Positions 36,129 to 48,753 of a stretch of 64,000 nt of DNA are shown here, piece after piece. The stretch is from Dictyostelium discoideum (Eukaryota): the NCBI GenBank assembly GCA_000004695.1, contig CM000150.2:1472001-1536000 (forward strand), given 5' to 3'. The translations under genes were made by a program, and so were the position numbers. Numbering within the stretch: position 1 is the stretch's first letter; every line of letters begins with the position of its first letter. The notes below the pieces were generated by a model. It worked only from the letters and a program-made list of their open reading frames with translations, was not told where the DNA came from and made no database searches.

Positions 36129-36400
36129 TTTGAAAATTCACTGGATGAAACACTTTGTTAACACCTCATTTTTTTCGGTGAAACACTATGTTATGGAGTC
36201 ATTAATTTTTATGTCAATAACATGCTGGAATTTAGCTGGCGAAAATTAAAATTGAAAACCAATTGGATGACTCACTTTCCTAAGCCCTCATTTTTTTGGG
36301 TGAAACACTATGTTAAGAAGTCATTACTTTTTATGTCAATAATATGCTGAAATTAAGCTGGCAAATATTAATATTATACCTAGTTATAATAATTACAAAA
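36129..36400 (-). repeat. About 2.3 tandem copies of a ~117-bp module immediately upstream of tRNA-Trp. Each module is the 5'-flank plus a degenerate copy of the first ~20 nt of the tRNA.
   Basis: Repeating blocks (plus strand) read gtgaaacactatgtta(t/a)g(g/a)agtcatta.tttttatgtcaataa(c/t)atgctg(g/a)aatt(t/a)agctggc(g/a)aaa(a/t)attaa.attgaaaaccaattggatga.(a/t)cactttg.taa(c/g).cctcatttttttgg. The subsequence acactatgtta.ggagtc mimics the tRNA 5' end ccactatgctaaggagtc. Confidence 0.55.
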
Positions 36401-36789
36401 AACAAATAGTTTTTTTTTTTAAAAAAAGAGGTATAAAAAAATTATATGGATTAATAATAATAAATTTTTTTGAATAACAATTAAATATTATTATTTTGGC
36501 GAATGCACATCACTTATTGAATTTCTTTTTTTATTTTTTATTTTTTTATATATACCCCATTGTAAAGCTTAATAAAGTAAAAAATATTAAATCCATTTAT
36601 CTAATTAATAGATGAAGTAAAAAAAAATTATATATCGTATAGTGATTTTTTAGTGTTCTATCTATACTAATAAATATTAATAATGAATATTAAAAATAAT
36701 TAAAATTAAATCATTGTTAAAAAAAAAAAAAAAATGAATTTAATCGTTCTGTTTTTTTTTTTTTAATTTTTATTTTCTCCAGCTAAATT

Positions 36790-37040
36790 CCAACATGTTA
36801 ATAGCTTAAAAAAATGAATGTATTAATTCTGTTTTTAGCTGGCAAAAATTAAAATTGAAAACCAACTGGATGGCACACTTTGCTAATGTCTCATTTTTTT
36901 AATTAGTTATCAACCTGAAAATAAACATAGTGGTTTATTGTATTTGTCTCCAAAAATGAGGGCTTAACAAAGTGTGCCATCCAGTTGGTTTTCAATTTTA
37001 ATTTTCGACAGCTAAAAACAGAATTAATACATTCATTTTT
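36790..37040. repeat. Inverted repeat of two ~90-bp module copies (~36805-36900 and 36945-37037). The central spacer holds a plus-oriented tRNA-Trp 5' fragment catagtggtttattgtatttgtctcc.
   Basis: The left arm reads ...gaatgtattaattctgtttttagctggcaaaaattaaaattgaaaaccaactggatggcacactttgctaa... The right arm reads ...ttaacaaagtgtgccatccagttggttttcaattttaattttcgacagctaaaaacagaattaatacattc... The arms are reverse complements of each other. Confidence 0.55.
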
Positions 37041-37431
37041 AATATTAATATTTTAAAATAATTTATTTAAACAAAGAATTAATAAGAGAAACAAAGAACA
37101 AAATAACAAAAAACAAAAATCTACAAAGAGTCAATTGATCAAAATAAGAGAAATGAGATTATTAATATTTTTTATAGTATTAAAATTAAATATATATAAA
37201 AAATAAAAAAAAAATTAACACTTTTTTTTCAAAATATCACAAATATATTTTTTTTTTTTTATGACTTCACACAAAAAAAAAGTAATTTTAAAAAAAAAGA
37301 ATTTTTTTCTTTTTTTTTTTTTTTTTTTTATTTTCTTCTAATTAATCCTCATATAAAATTAACACAAAAAAAAAAAACAACGACAACTTCACCTTTTTTT
37401 TATTTTATTATTCATCTAAAAAGATAAAAGA

Positions 37432-38298
37432 ATGTCAAAATTAGTCTCACAGTGGTTAAATGAATCATTCAAAGTTATCAGAAAGAGTCAAGTAATAAAA
37501 TATAAAGTACACTTAAAAAATGTAGACGATAGCATTAAAGAATATTTTGAAAAACCAGACACATTAATAAGAGTCAAAAAAGGTATGGTATTATTAACAG
37601 AAAATCTTGACTCAGTAAAATTTGCATCCTCTTGCTTTGACGAAGTGGAAGTGGAAAATTCAACAAAGATTAGTTTCCCATTAAAATTGAAACAACTGGA
37701 ATCTTTAGATTATTTGGATGCGATGCCTGAAGAACTCTCATCAAAGGTAGTCGAACGTCGAACATTTCCAAAAGAGATATCTTTCACCTTTGTTAATCTT
37801 GATGAGAAATGGGACACACATCAATTAACAAAGACTATAGAAAATCTTGATTTTCCCAAAAAAAAACTCCTACAAACCTATTACGCTCAGCATGAGCAAG
37901 AGCAAGAGCAAGAGCAAGAGCAAGAGCAAGAGCAAGAGCAAGAGCAAGAGCAAGAGCAAGAGCAACAGCAACAATTTATCCCCAGAACTAATAACTATGA
38001 AGATTTCAAAATATTACAAAAAAAACTAAGTAGACAGAAAATACAACAACAAATGATCAAAAAGGAAATCAAAAGAAGCTTCAAAAAAAACAAAAACAAA
38101 AATAACAACAACGACCACAAAAAGAACAAATTCGACAACAACGACCACAACAAGAACAAATTCGACAACAAATTCGACAACAACAAGATGAAAAAGAGTG
38201 ACAAGACGATAAAGAGGAAAAACAACACAAAAACAACACCAACCACAAGAACAACACAAACTACAAGAACAACACCAACAAAAAAAACACAAGAATAA
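37432..38298 (+). CDS. Hypothetical protein of 288 aa with a (GAGCAA)n-encoded (EQ)n tract and a K/N-rich C-terminus
   Basis: A single ORF runs from the ATG at 37432. The unique N-terminal ~140 aa (MSKLVSQWLNESFKVIRKSQVIKYKVHLKNVDDSIKEYFEKPDTLIRVKKGMVLLTENLDSVKF...) has no recognisable domain. Confidence 0.45.
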   Translation: MSKLVSQWLNESFKVIRKSQVIKYKVHLKNVDDSIKEYFEKPDTLIRVKKGMVLLTENLDSVKFASSCFDEVEVENSTKISFPLKLKQLESLDYLDAMPEELSSKVVERRTFPKEISFTFVNLDEKWDTHQLTKTIENLDFPKKKLLQTYYAQHEQEQEQEQEQEQEQEQEQEQEQEQQQQFIPRTNNYEDFKILQKKLSRQKIQQQMIKKEIKRSFKKNKNKNNNNDHKKNKFDNNDHNKNKFDNKFDNNKMKKSDKTIKRKNNTKTTPTTRTTQTTRTTPTKKTQE

Positions 38299-39350
38299 CA
38301 AGAAAAACAAGAAAAGTAGCATGAACAACAACCACAGCAACATGTAAATTAAAAAATAGCAAAACAAAATATTAGTAACTTTTTATAATATTAAAATGAA
38401 TAAAATCTGAATGTATGGTTTGAAATCTTATTTATATAAACTCTCAAGTAAATTTTTTAAAAAAAAAATACCAGAAAGGCAGAGGAAAACGAATAAAACT
38501 TTGGAGGTTAGGTTTTTTTTTTTTAAATATAAAATCAGAAGTAATTGTGATGGTAAAGATAATAAATCATTTGTTCAAAATATTCACATTATTAAGTTTT
38601 ATTTGATCTATTAAAACTATTTATCATTAATATTTTATTAAGCAATAATTATAAAAAAACAATCTTTTTTGATTTAAATATAGGTGAGAATTCTCATTTT
38701 ATCAAGTGGTTTTATATATGTTTTTTTATAAGATTAAATAATTAAATAATAAAATTATGAAATTAATTTTTTTTTTTTTTTTTTTTTTCAGCACATTGAC
38801 CCACGAAGGCTGAGTTTGAACAACAGAGGTCTTTTAAATTTTAATCTTGTTGGATTTTTTTTTTTTTTTAATATTGAATAATAAGTGTTTATCCATTAAA
38901 GCAAATAAACAATAACTAATAGTTTTAGTTATTCATTTTCTTTAATTTTAATATTCAAATAAGGAATTTTAATAGTGTAGTAACTAATTTTTATTATTAT
39001 TATTATTAATATTGTTATCTTTTTTTAAAATATCGAGTTTTTAGATATGTTAAATATTAAATAAATTAATTTAATAAATCAAATAATATGATTATAATTG
39101 ATTAGATGAAATGGTATGATTTGGAAGAATCAGTTGATTCTTGCAAGTTAATTATCTTAATAATAGTATTTGTTTAAGGAAATCGTTTGGGTCTTTAAAA
39201 TTGTTCTGATCTTTTGAAAGAGTTAATTTACATGTTTTTTTTTTTTTTTTTATATATAAATATATATTCTGGAAATCAAATTAATGTTAAATTGAATAAA
39301 TTTGTTGGGAATCGAACCTTTGATTTTAGAAAGTTTCTTAAAAAAATGAC

Positions 39351-39437
39351 AGACCCCTCAGGGAGTTGAACCCTGGACCAACTGCTAACTTCTAACGTTT
39401 TGGAGACAATTACAATAAACCACTATGCTAAGGAGTC
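39351..39437 (-). tRNA. trnW-CCA: tRNA-Trp (CCA), second copy, identical 87-nt gene with a 13-nt intron (39387..39399)
   Basis: It is identical in sequence to 36042..36128. It has the same 3' flank TGTCATTTTTTTAAGA(G/A)ACTTTCTAAAATCAAAGGTTCGATTCCCAACAAATTTATTCAATTTAACATTA. The ex-B box is at 39308..39318. Confidence 0.75.
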
Positions 39438-39904
39438 CTTGAAAAATCAATTGGATGAAACACTTTGCTAAGGCCTCAATTTTATTGGAAAACCCAAATT
39501 AATCAGAAAATTTCCAGATTTTTAACTTTTTAAAGTAAAATAAAAAATAGAAAGAAAATAAGATGAAAATTACAAACAACACCACAAATATTAAGCAACA
39601 CAAATGCCTACAAAAAATAAGCGAAATTGTGGATAAAACTCAAATAAAAAAAACAATTCAAATATGTCATCAACATCAATCACGAACCAGACGATAAAAT
39701 AAAAAAAGATTTAGAAAAAGTTTGGACAAAAAAGATGTTTAATCAAAAGTAATAATACAATTCAAAATTTGAAACAAAAAAAAAAAAAAAAAAAAAAAAA
39801 AAGTTAACTAACCCCTCTTTTAGAGACCCTGTAAAAAACTACAAATAAAATGAGATCAAGCAGGAGAAGCAACTAATAATTGCGTTATCCAATTCAAAAA
39901 AAAA

Positions 39905-40090
39905 AAAAAAAAAAAAGCCTCATTTTTTTGGAAACAAATACAATTACAATAAACCACTATGCTAAGGAGTCCTTGAAAACCAACTGGATGACACACTTTG
40001 CCAAGGTCTCATTTTTTGGGGTGAAACACTGTGCCAAGGAGTCATTACTTTTTATGTCAATAACATGCTGGAATCTAGCTGGCGAAAAAT
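39905..40090 (-). repeat. Module repeat plus a truncated tRNA-Trp 5' fragment (32 nt at 39940..39971), an orphan piece of the tRNA-Trp upstream repeat
   Basis: acaattacaataaaccactatgctaaggagtc is the reverse complement of the first 32 nt of tRNA-Trp. It is followed by the module cttgaaaaccaactggatgacacactttgccaaggtctcattttttggggtgaaacactgtgccaaggagtcattactttttatgtcaataacatgctggaatctagctggcgaaaaat. Confidence 0.55.
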
Positions 40091-40121
40091 AAAAAATAAA
40101 AAAAAACAGAATGATTACTTT

Positions 40122-40158
<37 letters not shown>

Positions 40159-40408
40159 CAAGGATTTAATTTTAATTATTTTTAATATTTATTAGTATAG
40201 ATAGAATACTAAAAAAATAATCAATATGATACAGAATTTTTTTTATTTTTTTGATGTCAAATTTGACGATGTTTTAATCACAAAAAATATCTTTTGAAAA
40301 AAAAAAAAAAAATCTTTTTTTTTTTTTTATTTTTTACTCACCAATTTTCTTTTTTTTTTATTTATAAATAATTTTTATAAACAAAAAAAAAAAAAAAAAG
40401 AAAAAGAA

Positions 40409-42206
40409 ATGAAATTTTCTTTATCTTTAATTTTTATAATAATTTCTGCAATTGTGAATGTAAACTCTCAAACAACTTGCAGATTTGCACCAACCTATAC
40501 ATTAAACGATATTATTAACTCTAATAATCAATCATTCATCAATGATGTATTATTTTGGGAAGGAAATGTATGTATGGAAATCAAAAAATTAATAAAAAAT
40601 AACAAAAAATATTAATAATTAATTTTTAAAATAAAAAAAAAAAAAAAGTTTCATTCAAATCAAGTTGGAGTAAATTATGAATGTGGATATACATATGATG
40701 GACATGAATTAAATTATATTACTGGAGAATTGGATTCACCATTACATGAATTCAGTGCACCATCAAAAGAATCAATTCATTTAGGAATGTTAGCATTGGC
40801 ATTGAATGAATGGGTTAATGAAGAACCGGAAAATTATAAAGCAATTAATTTTTTTCATCAAAACATAACTCGTACCACCACAGAACAAAACGAGATTCCA
40901 TATAGTGGTAATAGTAATTTTGACAATGCAATTACAATACTCTATAGAAAGATCAATACCTATCATCAATTTAATCAACGTTTTCCAGGATTTGGTGGAT
41001 TTCATCCATGGGTATCGGTTAATGATTCCGGTATTTTCTTATTAGATGGTTGGACCAACCAAGTACCAGGTTTGGATAATGGTGAAATGATTTGGGGACT
41101 TTATGCAGTATACAACCTATTAACCACTCAACCAACATTTATTAACAACTACCCCACACTCGGACCATTGTATGAAAAATATTTCCAAATATTAATTAAT
41201 AATGCAATGACAATATTCTATCAACCAAGTGGCTATATTAGTGCAGTTGTAGAAATCAATGATATCTATTCAACACCAACACCAAGCAATTATTTAAATC
41301 CAAGTGGATTATTAAATGATCCATATGAGGGTGAATTGTTGGTAGTGTTTATGGACTTGTTTTGCCAATGGCCATCTGAAGAGGCACGTGACCAAATTTG
41401 GATTAATAAAAGAGCATTATTACAATCAGTTGAATTCAATACCCATAGCAATACAAATATAACAGTTCAACGTGGTTGGTGGTTTTCATCACATGAACAA
41501 TGGAAATATTTAATGTTACCTTATCAAGAGATTGAAATTAATCAACGTGTTTTCCGTAATGGTGAAAGGGCAAGAACTTGGTTCTCCTCAATTAATAATT
41601 ATCCTGGTTTATTTGCTTCTGTAACAAATGTAACTGAAATCAATCAAAATAATGGCTACGTTAGTGCAACTGGTATTAGTGAAATTGCTTTTCAACAACA
41701 AGTTACCAATGCATTAATAACACCATATGCTTCATTTCCATTATTTTTAATTCATGATCAACCATCATTAGGTCTTTCTTGGTATTATACAATGTTAAAT
41801 GGTCCTTCAATGCAAAATCCATTTGGTAGTACTGAATCTGTTAATATAATTGGTACAGGTAAATAATTAATTAATTTATTACATATTTAAATCAAAAAAA
41901 TTCTTTTTTTTTTTTATTTTACTAATTTTATTTTTATTTTTATTTTTAGAAATTGCATCTGTAATTACTTGGGATTCAAAGATTACAACAGTTTTATCAA
42001 TGTTGGGTGGTATTTCAAATATTAATTTACAATTTTTAAAATCAAATGGATTATTTGAACGTTTTTCAACTGTAATTGATAGAGAATGGTCATTGGCTTT
42101 CCCAAATTTAAATGGTGAAAATTTACCATTTATGTATCCGTCACGAGATGTTACAATTCCAAAAATTTTAAATGATTTTACAAATTGTACATTAAAAAAG
42201 ATTTAA
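40409..42206 (+). CDS. Secreted hypothetical protein of ~525 aa in three exons, function unknown
   Basis: Exons are 40409..40567 (signal peptide MKFSLSLIFIIISAIVNVNSQ..., GTATGT donor), 40649..41858 (FHSNQVGVNYECGYTYDGHELNYITGELDSPLHEF...FHPWVSVNDSGIFLLDGWTNQVPGLDNGEMIWGLYAVYNLL...; AG|GTAAAT donor, phase 1) and 41950..42206 (EIASVITWDSKITTVLSMLGGISNINLQF...TLKKI*). Reading frames are conserved across both junctions. Confidence 0.55.
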
Positions 42207-42263
42207 ATAAAAATAAGAATAATATTTTTAAACAATTATTTATAATAATAATAATAATATTTA

Positions 42264-43878
42264 TTATGATTCTAATGGTTTAATATCGTTATTAATATTA
42301 ACTTCAATTGAAAAGTCTATAACTAAACTATCATCTTTTAACCAAACTTCTGGTTTTTTTCCAGGTTCTGTTGATTTTATAAAATAATGACAACCAACTG
42401 ATTTTTCTTTATCCATAACTTTTTAAATAATCAAAGAAAAAAAAAAAAAAAAAAAGTTAATATATATTATTAGAAAAAAATAAACAATTATTTCCAATTT
42501 GATTAATTTTAATTAATAACTTACTTGATTTATTTTTAAAAATAAGATTTTTAGATTCATCTTTAAAATTAAGTAAAACAAATTTATAAAATACTTTAAT
42601 TGGATTAATTGAATCAGATTTTAAAAAAAGTGAAGTATATGAACCATCGTCTTTACCTTGTGGATAAATTACCAATTTAAATTTTTTATCATAAATTTTA
42701 AAAGATGGAGAAGTAATTTTTCTATATTTTCTTGATTCGGTTAAATAATTTGAAATTGACCATCTATTTTTATATTTAAGTAAACAACCATTAATAAAAT
42801 ATGAATTAACTTTTGAAACTTTTTCAAATAAATCATCAAATTTAATTCTTTCTTGTTGTTCTTTTTGTTCTTTTTGTTCTTTTTGTTCTTTTTGTTGTGG
42901 TTGTTGATTATCTTTTGGATATAAATCTAATTGAAGATTATTTAATTTTTTATCAATTTTAGATTCAAATTGATAAAATTTATCATAGAGTTGGTCACAT
43001 TTTGATTCAGTTTCAAGTTGTTCAAGTTTATTGATCTTATTTAAAAGATTTTCATATTTGATATTGGTTTCTTTGATTTGTAATGATTGAGATTCAATCA
43101 TTGAACCCATTGCAAGTGTATGATTAATTGAACTAAGATGTTGAGTTAAATTTGATTTTGGGAATCTATTTGATTGTTCACAACCATATATTTTGTATGG
43201 ACAATCGATCATTACCATTTGGCATTGTTTTTCAATGTGTGATTCTAATTGAGATCTCTCCAATTGAACGGTACATCCATTTTCACTGCATTTCACAATA
43301 AACTTTGGACATTCTTTATAATGATTCTCTAATGATCTTGATGTTATACCATCGGTATCACAATATCTACAATATTCTAATCTAAATTCACATTGTTCTT
43401 TTTCATGTTTTTCAACTTGATTTAATCTAATAATTTTATTACATCCAATAAATTTACATTTTATATGTGTAAATTTACATTGTTTTAAATGTTTTTCAAT
43501 TTCACCAATTGTTATAATATCTTTACATCCATTTTCTAAATCTTTGATTTTATTATTATTATTTTTATTTTCATCAATATATTTAAATGAATTTGGACAA
43601 TTAACTTTTATATTTAAAAAATCTTGTTCAATGAATCTATTTCTTGATAGTTCTGAAATTGATTTAACTATACATCTACATATCATACATTCTTTTTTTT
43701 TAAACAATGATTCTGCCCAACATGTTTTGCAAAACCAATGAATTTCTTTACATTGATAAATTTCTTTTTTATATACTGATTCATAACAAATTGAACATGA
43801 ATACTTTTCAATATTTACATCTTCATAAAAAATATCTGTTAAATTATATTGTATAAAATAATGTGTATATTCTGCCAT
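42264..43878 (-). CDS. TRAF-like protein with an N-terminal RING finger, TRAF-type zinc fingers, a coiled coil and a C-terminal MATH domain
   Basis: Exon 1 is complement(42525..43878), ending at a GTAAGT donor (phase 1). The 106-bp intron is 42419..42524. Exon 2 is complement(42264..42418), IMDKEKSVGCHYFIKSTEPGKKPEVWLKDDSLVIDFSIEVNINNDIKPLES*. The RING is CSICYESVYKKEIYQCKEIHWFCKTCWAESLFKKKECMICRC. The TRAF zinc fingers are HLKQCKFTHIKCKFIGCNKI...CEFRLEYCRYC...HYKECPKFIVKCSENGC. The MATH domain is ...YFINGCLLKYKNRWSISNY...SFKIYDKKFKLVIYPQG. Confidence 0.7.
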
Positions 43879-44297
43879 ATGGTACTTAAGTTTTAAAAAG
43901 AAAATGAAAATTAAAAAAAAAAAAAAAAAAAAATTAAAAAAAATAATAAAAAAAATAAAAAAAAAAATAATAAAAATAAAAATAAAAATAAAACAAAAAT
44001 GGAAAATAAAAAAACTAAAAAATTATTCTTTTTTTAGTTGTGTAAAAAAAAAAAAAAATAAATACTTACTTTTTAGTTAACAATTTTAATTTATTCTTTG
44101 AAAAAAATAAAATTTCTTATTTTTTTCTCTTTTTTTTCTATGAAACCATAAAATAAATAAAGGAGAAAATTAATTCTTATACTTCAATTTACTTAAAAAG
44201 AAAAAAATAAAATAAAATACCTATTTTTAATTAATTATTTTTATTTATTAATTTAGTTTAAATTAATTTAATTAATTTAATTAATTTAATTTATTAT

Positions 44298-44343
<46 letters not shown>

Positions 44344-44723
44344 ATTAGTGGAATCTTTAATTAATTAAACACATTTTGTTGAAGAAGGAAAAAAAAAAAA
44401 AGTTAATCTTTTTATTTTTTTTAATTTTTTTTTTTTTTTTTTTTTTTTTACAATTTTTTTTTTTTTTTTTTTTTTTTTCATTTATTTTTACACAGAAGTG
44501 GTTGTTTAAATTATTTGAAGTTTTATATTTATATTTTTGATGGAATATCACAATAATTATACAAGTAAAAAAAATAAAAAGAAATAAGAAAAAAACCAAA
44601 CATCGATTAAACATTTTGTTTTGTTTTATTTTTTTAATTTTTTGTTTTTTCTAAAAAAAAAAAAAAAATAAAAAATAAAAAAAAAATAAAAAAAATTTCA
44701 ATCTACCATAAAAATAAAACAAA

Positions 44724-47586
44724 ATGAATAAAAAGGTATTTTTAAATAACTATTTAAATGAAAGAAAACAATTGAATGGTAATGAAATCAACAATAACAA
44801 CAATAACAACAACAATAACAATTACAACAATAATAACAATAATAATAATCTAAATAAGGATAAGGATAAAGATAAAGATAAAGAAAGAGATAAAGATAGA
44901 GAAAGAATTAAAGAAAGAACTAAAGAAAGAGGTGACAAAGAAAGAGATAGAGATAAAGAAAGAGACAGAGAGAGAAAGAAAGAAAAAGTTGAAAAACCTC
45001 AAGTTGCCGTCTTAAAACAAAGTGCTCAACATGTTAAACAACAAAGATTAAAAGAAAAAGAAAAAGGTAAAGAAAAGGAAAAAGATAAAGAAAAAGATAA
45101 GGAAAAAGATAAAGAAAGAGAAAGAGAAAAAGAAAAAGAAAAAGAAAAGGTAAAAGATAGAGAAAAAGAAAAAGAAAAAGAAAAAGAAAAAGAAAAAGAA
45201 AAGGTAAAAGATAGAGAAAAGGTAAAAGATAGAGAAAAGGAAAAAGAAAAAGAAAAAGAAAGAGACAAGCTCAAACCAAAAGATTCCAAAATTAAAGAAA
45301 GAGATATTGAAAAGGAAAAAGTAAGAGATAGAGAAAAAGAAAGAGAAAAAATTAGAGATAGAGAAAAAGATAAAAATAGTAACAATAATATTATTAAACC
45401 AAAAGAAAAAAAAGATGAAAGTATTGCAAAAACTCAAAAAAATATAACAATTAAAGAAAATGGCAATATAACCAGTAGTAGTAGTATTAGTAATAGTAGT
45501 AGTATTAATAATAATAATAATAATAAAATAATAAATAAGAGTGTTAGTACCAATGGTAATGGTAATAGTAGTAATAGTACAAATAATAATAACAGTAATG
45601 GTAGTAATGGTGTAGATATAAAAAAGAAACCAATTCTTGACTCAAAGAAAAGGGCATTACCATCATCATCATCAAAATCTCAAACTACATCAACTTCAAC
45701 TTCAACCTCAACTTCAAAATTATCAAAACCAATTGTGAAAAAGAAAAAAGATTCAAATTTAAAAAGGATTAAACTTTCAAATGGTGGTGTAGTTACAAAA
45801 TATAAGAGAAAGAAATCAAATAATGATAGTGGTAGCGATGATAGTAGTTATGATAGTAGTGATGATAGTAGCGGTAATGATAGTAGTAGTAGTGGTAGTA
45901 GCAGTAGTAGTGGTAGTGATGACAGCGATAATAGTAGTGATGATGATAGTGATAGCAGTGATGGCGATAGTAGTAGTGATAACGATGATGACAATGACAA
46001 AAATAGTAGTGGAAGTGATGATGACGAAGATGGTGATTCTAGTAGTTTCGATAGTAATTATAGTGGTTCATATGATAGTTTTAGTGACAGTAGCGAATGT
46101 GACGATAGTGATTGTTCATGTGGAAAAAAAAGAAAAAATAAACCCGATAGTAGTAATAGTAAATTAACAAATTTAAAAAAACCAATAACCAATGGTAACA
46201 CCACCGATAATTTAGACAATGGTTTAACAACATCATCAATAGTAGTTGACGATCAACAAAAAATTACAAATGAATATATTGAAAAACATTTAAATTCTGG
46301 TAAAGCGAACCCTGACTATTCTGATATTGCTGTCTTAATTCAAAAATCAAGAAATAAGAAATTTGGTTTCATTTCAAGAAGTAAGTATCATTCAATTTAT
46401 TAATAATATAAAATATATATTAATTAACTTTTTTTTATTATTCAGACTTTTTTATAGAAAGAACAGAGAAAATATTATACGAAATTGATGATATTGATAT
46501 TTGTAATTGTTCAAAAAGTAGTGGATCAGTTTGCGGTGATGATTGTTTAAATAGAGAATCATATGTAGAATGTAATATTGAACATTGTGAATTAGGTAAA
46601 AAATGTACGAATCAAAGATTTCAAAGAAAACAATATTCAAATATTAAACCTGCATTTGTAAGTCATATAATATAATTTTTTTTTTTTTTTTTTTAATAAT
46701 AACATATTAATGTTTATTTTTATTTTTTTATTTTTTTTTTATTTTTTTTTTATTCTAGACAGGTAAAAAAGGATGGGGATTAATTGCAAATGAAGACATT
46801 GAAGAAAAACAATTTATAATGGAATATTGTGGTGAAGTAATTAGTAAACAAACTTGTTTGAGAAGGATGAAAGAGGCAGAGAATGAAAAGTTTTTTTATT
46901 TCCTTACATTAGATTCAAAGGAATGTTTGGATGCAAGTAAGAGGGGTAATTTAGCAAGATTTATGAATCATAGTTGTGATCCAAATTGTGAAACCCAAAA
47001 ATGGACGGTTGGTGGTGAAGTAAAGATTGGAATTTTCGCAATTAAACCAATACCAAAAGGTACTGAATTAACATTTGATTATAATTATGAAAGATTTGGT
47101 GCACAGAAACAAGAATGTTATTGTGGTTCTGTAAATTGTCGTGGTTATTTAGGTCAGAAATCAAAATCATCCACTTCTACAACTCGTCCAAAACAAATCA
47201 CTCGTTGGAAGAATTCAATAGTTTTAAATCATAATCATCATGTTAAATATTTTTTAGGTGAACCAATCATTCCACATTCAAACCCTTCCTCCTCCTCTTC
47301 CTCTAGATCAGTATCAACTCTTTATAATAGTGAATTATCACCAGAGATGGAATTACAATTAATTAATTCAAAAAGAATATTCCTACATAGAAATGTTAGA
47401 AAATTGAAATCTTTTTATTTTAATGTTTTTAATTATTATAGTAGCGGTGGTGGTAGTGGTGGTAATAATAAAAAGTTAATTAATATAACTTCAACTTCAA
47501 CTTCAAATTCATCTTTAAATTCATCTTTAAATTCAAATATAAAATTAAAAAGAAAAAATAAAATTAGTGATATCTTCAATATTTGA
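44724..47586 (+). CDS. SET-domain histone-lysine N-methyltransferase, SET2/ASH1 type (AWS-SET-postSET), with a long K/E/D/R-rich and Ser/Asp-rich N-terminal region
   Basis: Exons are 44724..46380 (GTAAGT donor, phase 1), 46446..46657 (AWS: ...DICNCSKSSGSVCGDDCLNRESYVECNIEHCELGKKCTNQRF...; GTAAGT donor) and 46759..47586 (SET: TGKKGWGLIANEDIEEKQFIMEYCGEVI...NLARFMNHSCDPNCETQKW...GTELTFDYNYERFG; post-SET: QECYCGSVNCRGYLG). Introns are 65 bp and 101 bp. Confidence 0.75.
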
Positions 47587-48066
47587 ATTTAAACAAAACA
47601 AAAAAAATCTGGAAAAAAAAAAAAAAAGATATTTTTAAAATTCAAAATTCAAATTTTTTAAAAAAAAAAAAAAAAAAGCACAACCGAAAAAAAAAAAATT
47701 AACCGGTATTAATTTATTTATTTTTATTTTTTTTTTTTTAATTTTTTTTTATTTTTTTTTTTTTTTTTTTTTTCACAACAAATTTTTTTTTTTTTTTTTT
47801 TTTTTTTTATTATTTTTATATTTTTATTACACATATCGCTTAAGGTAAGTTTTATATGGCAAAAAAGACATATGAAAAATAAAAATGAAAAAAAAAATAA
47901 AATAAAAAATAATATTGTTATTACACCTGCATCGATATTATAAGATATTTTATATTTTTTTATTTTTCTCTCTTTTATTTTGTGTTTATTTTTCAAACAA
48001 ATTTTCTTTTTTTTTTTTTTTTTTGTATAAGTAATAGGAAAAATAAATAAAAATAAAAAAAAAAAA

Positions 48067-48112
<46 letters not shown>

Positions 48113-48753
48113 CAACAAACATTAAACATAAAACAAATAATTTTTTTTTAAAAAAAAAAAAATAATAAAATCATAGTGAGCCTACCCAATAAAAAAAAAA
48201 AAAAGTAATATAAAAACTATAAAAATAAATTGGATACGATTTTTTTTTTTTTTTTTAAAAAAACACCACACATAATAAAATTAATTTATAAAAAGAATAT
48301 AGAATAAGTAATGAAATTTCCTTCTATTCCTTAGAATTTCTTTATTTCAAATAATGATTCTTAATTTTAATCGGAATTTCATTTTTTCTTGGAAATATTT
48401 TTTTAAATTATTAAGTTGTAAAAATTCTTCCAAATTTCCCAAAAACTATTACAATAAAAAAAATATTTAACTGAAATTTTTATTTCTTTTTTTTTTTATA
48501 TTTTTATAAATTTTTAATTATTTTTGTATTTGTTTTTTTTTTTTTTTCAAAAATTTTTTAAAATAAAATAAAATTTTTTTTTTTTTTCATTCATTATTTT
48601 TAATCCCAATTTTTCATTCAACACCCACATTAAAAAAATAAAAATCTTGTTTCACACAAAATTTCAGTATAATTTTAAATAACAAATAATTAACACCACA
48701 CTCTTATAAATTTATAAATTATAACAACAATAATAAATAGTATATTTTAAAAG

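Noticed and set aside
37899-37968. Regular (GAGCAA)n hexamer array and other short periodic repeats, considered as possible CRISPR-like arrays
   Set aside because: They are perfect microsatellites without spacers, located inside an ORF in a eukaryotic genome. There are no cas genes. They are not CRISPR.
38790-38840. GC-richer island cagcacattgacccacgaaggctgagtttgaacaacagaggtc in AT-rich spacer
   Set aside because: It has no recognisable ncRNA structure and no second copy in the window. Its significance is unknown, so I make no feature call.
44357-44614. Poly-K ORFs in A-rich intergenic DNA (also 47724..47996, 19299..19556, 12708..12905, 12715..12900)
   Set aside because: They are translations of (A)n/(T)n runs in promoters and UTRs, not genes.
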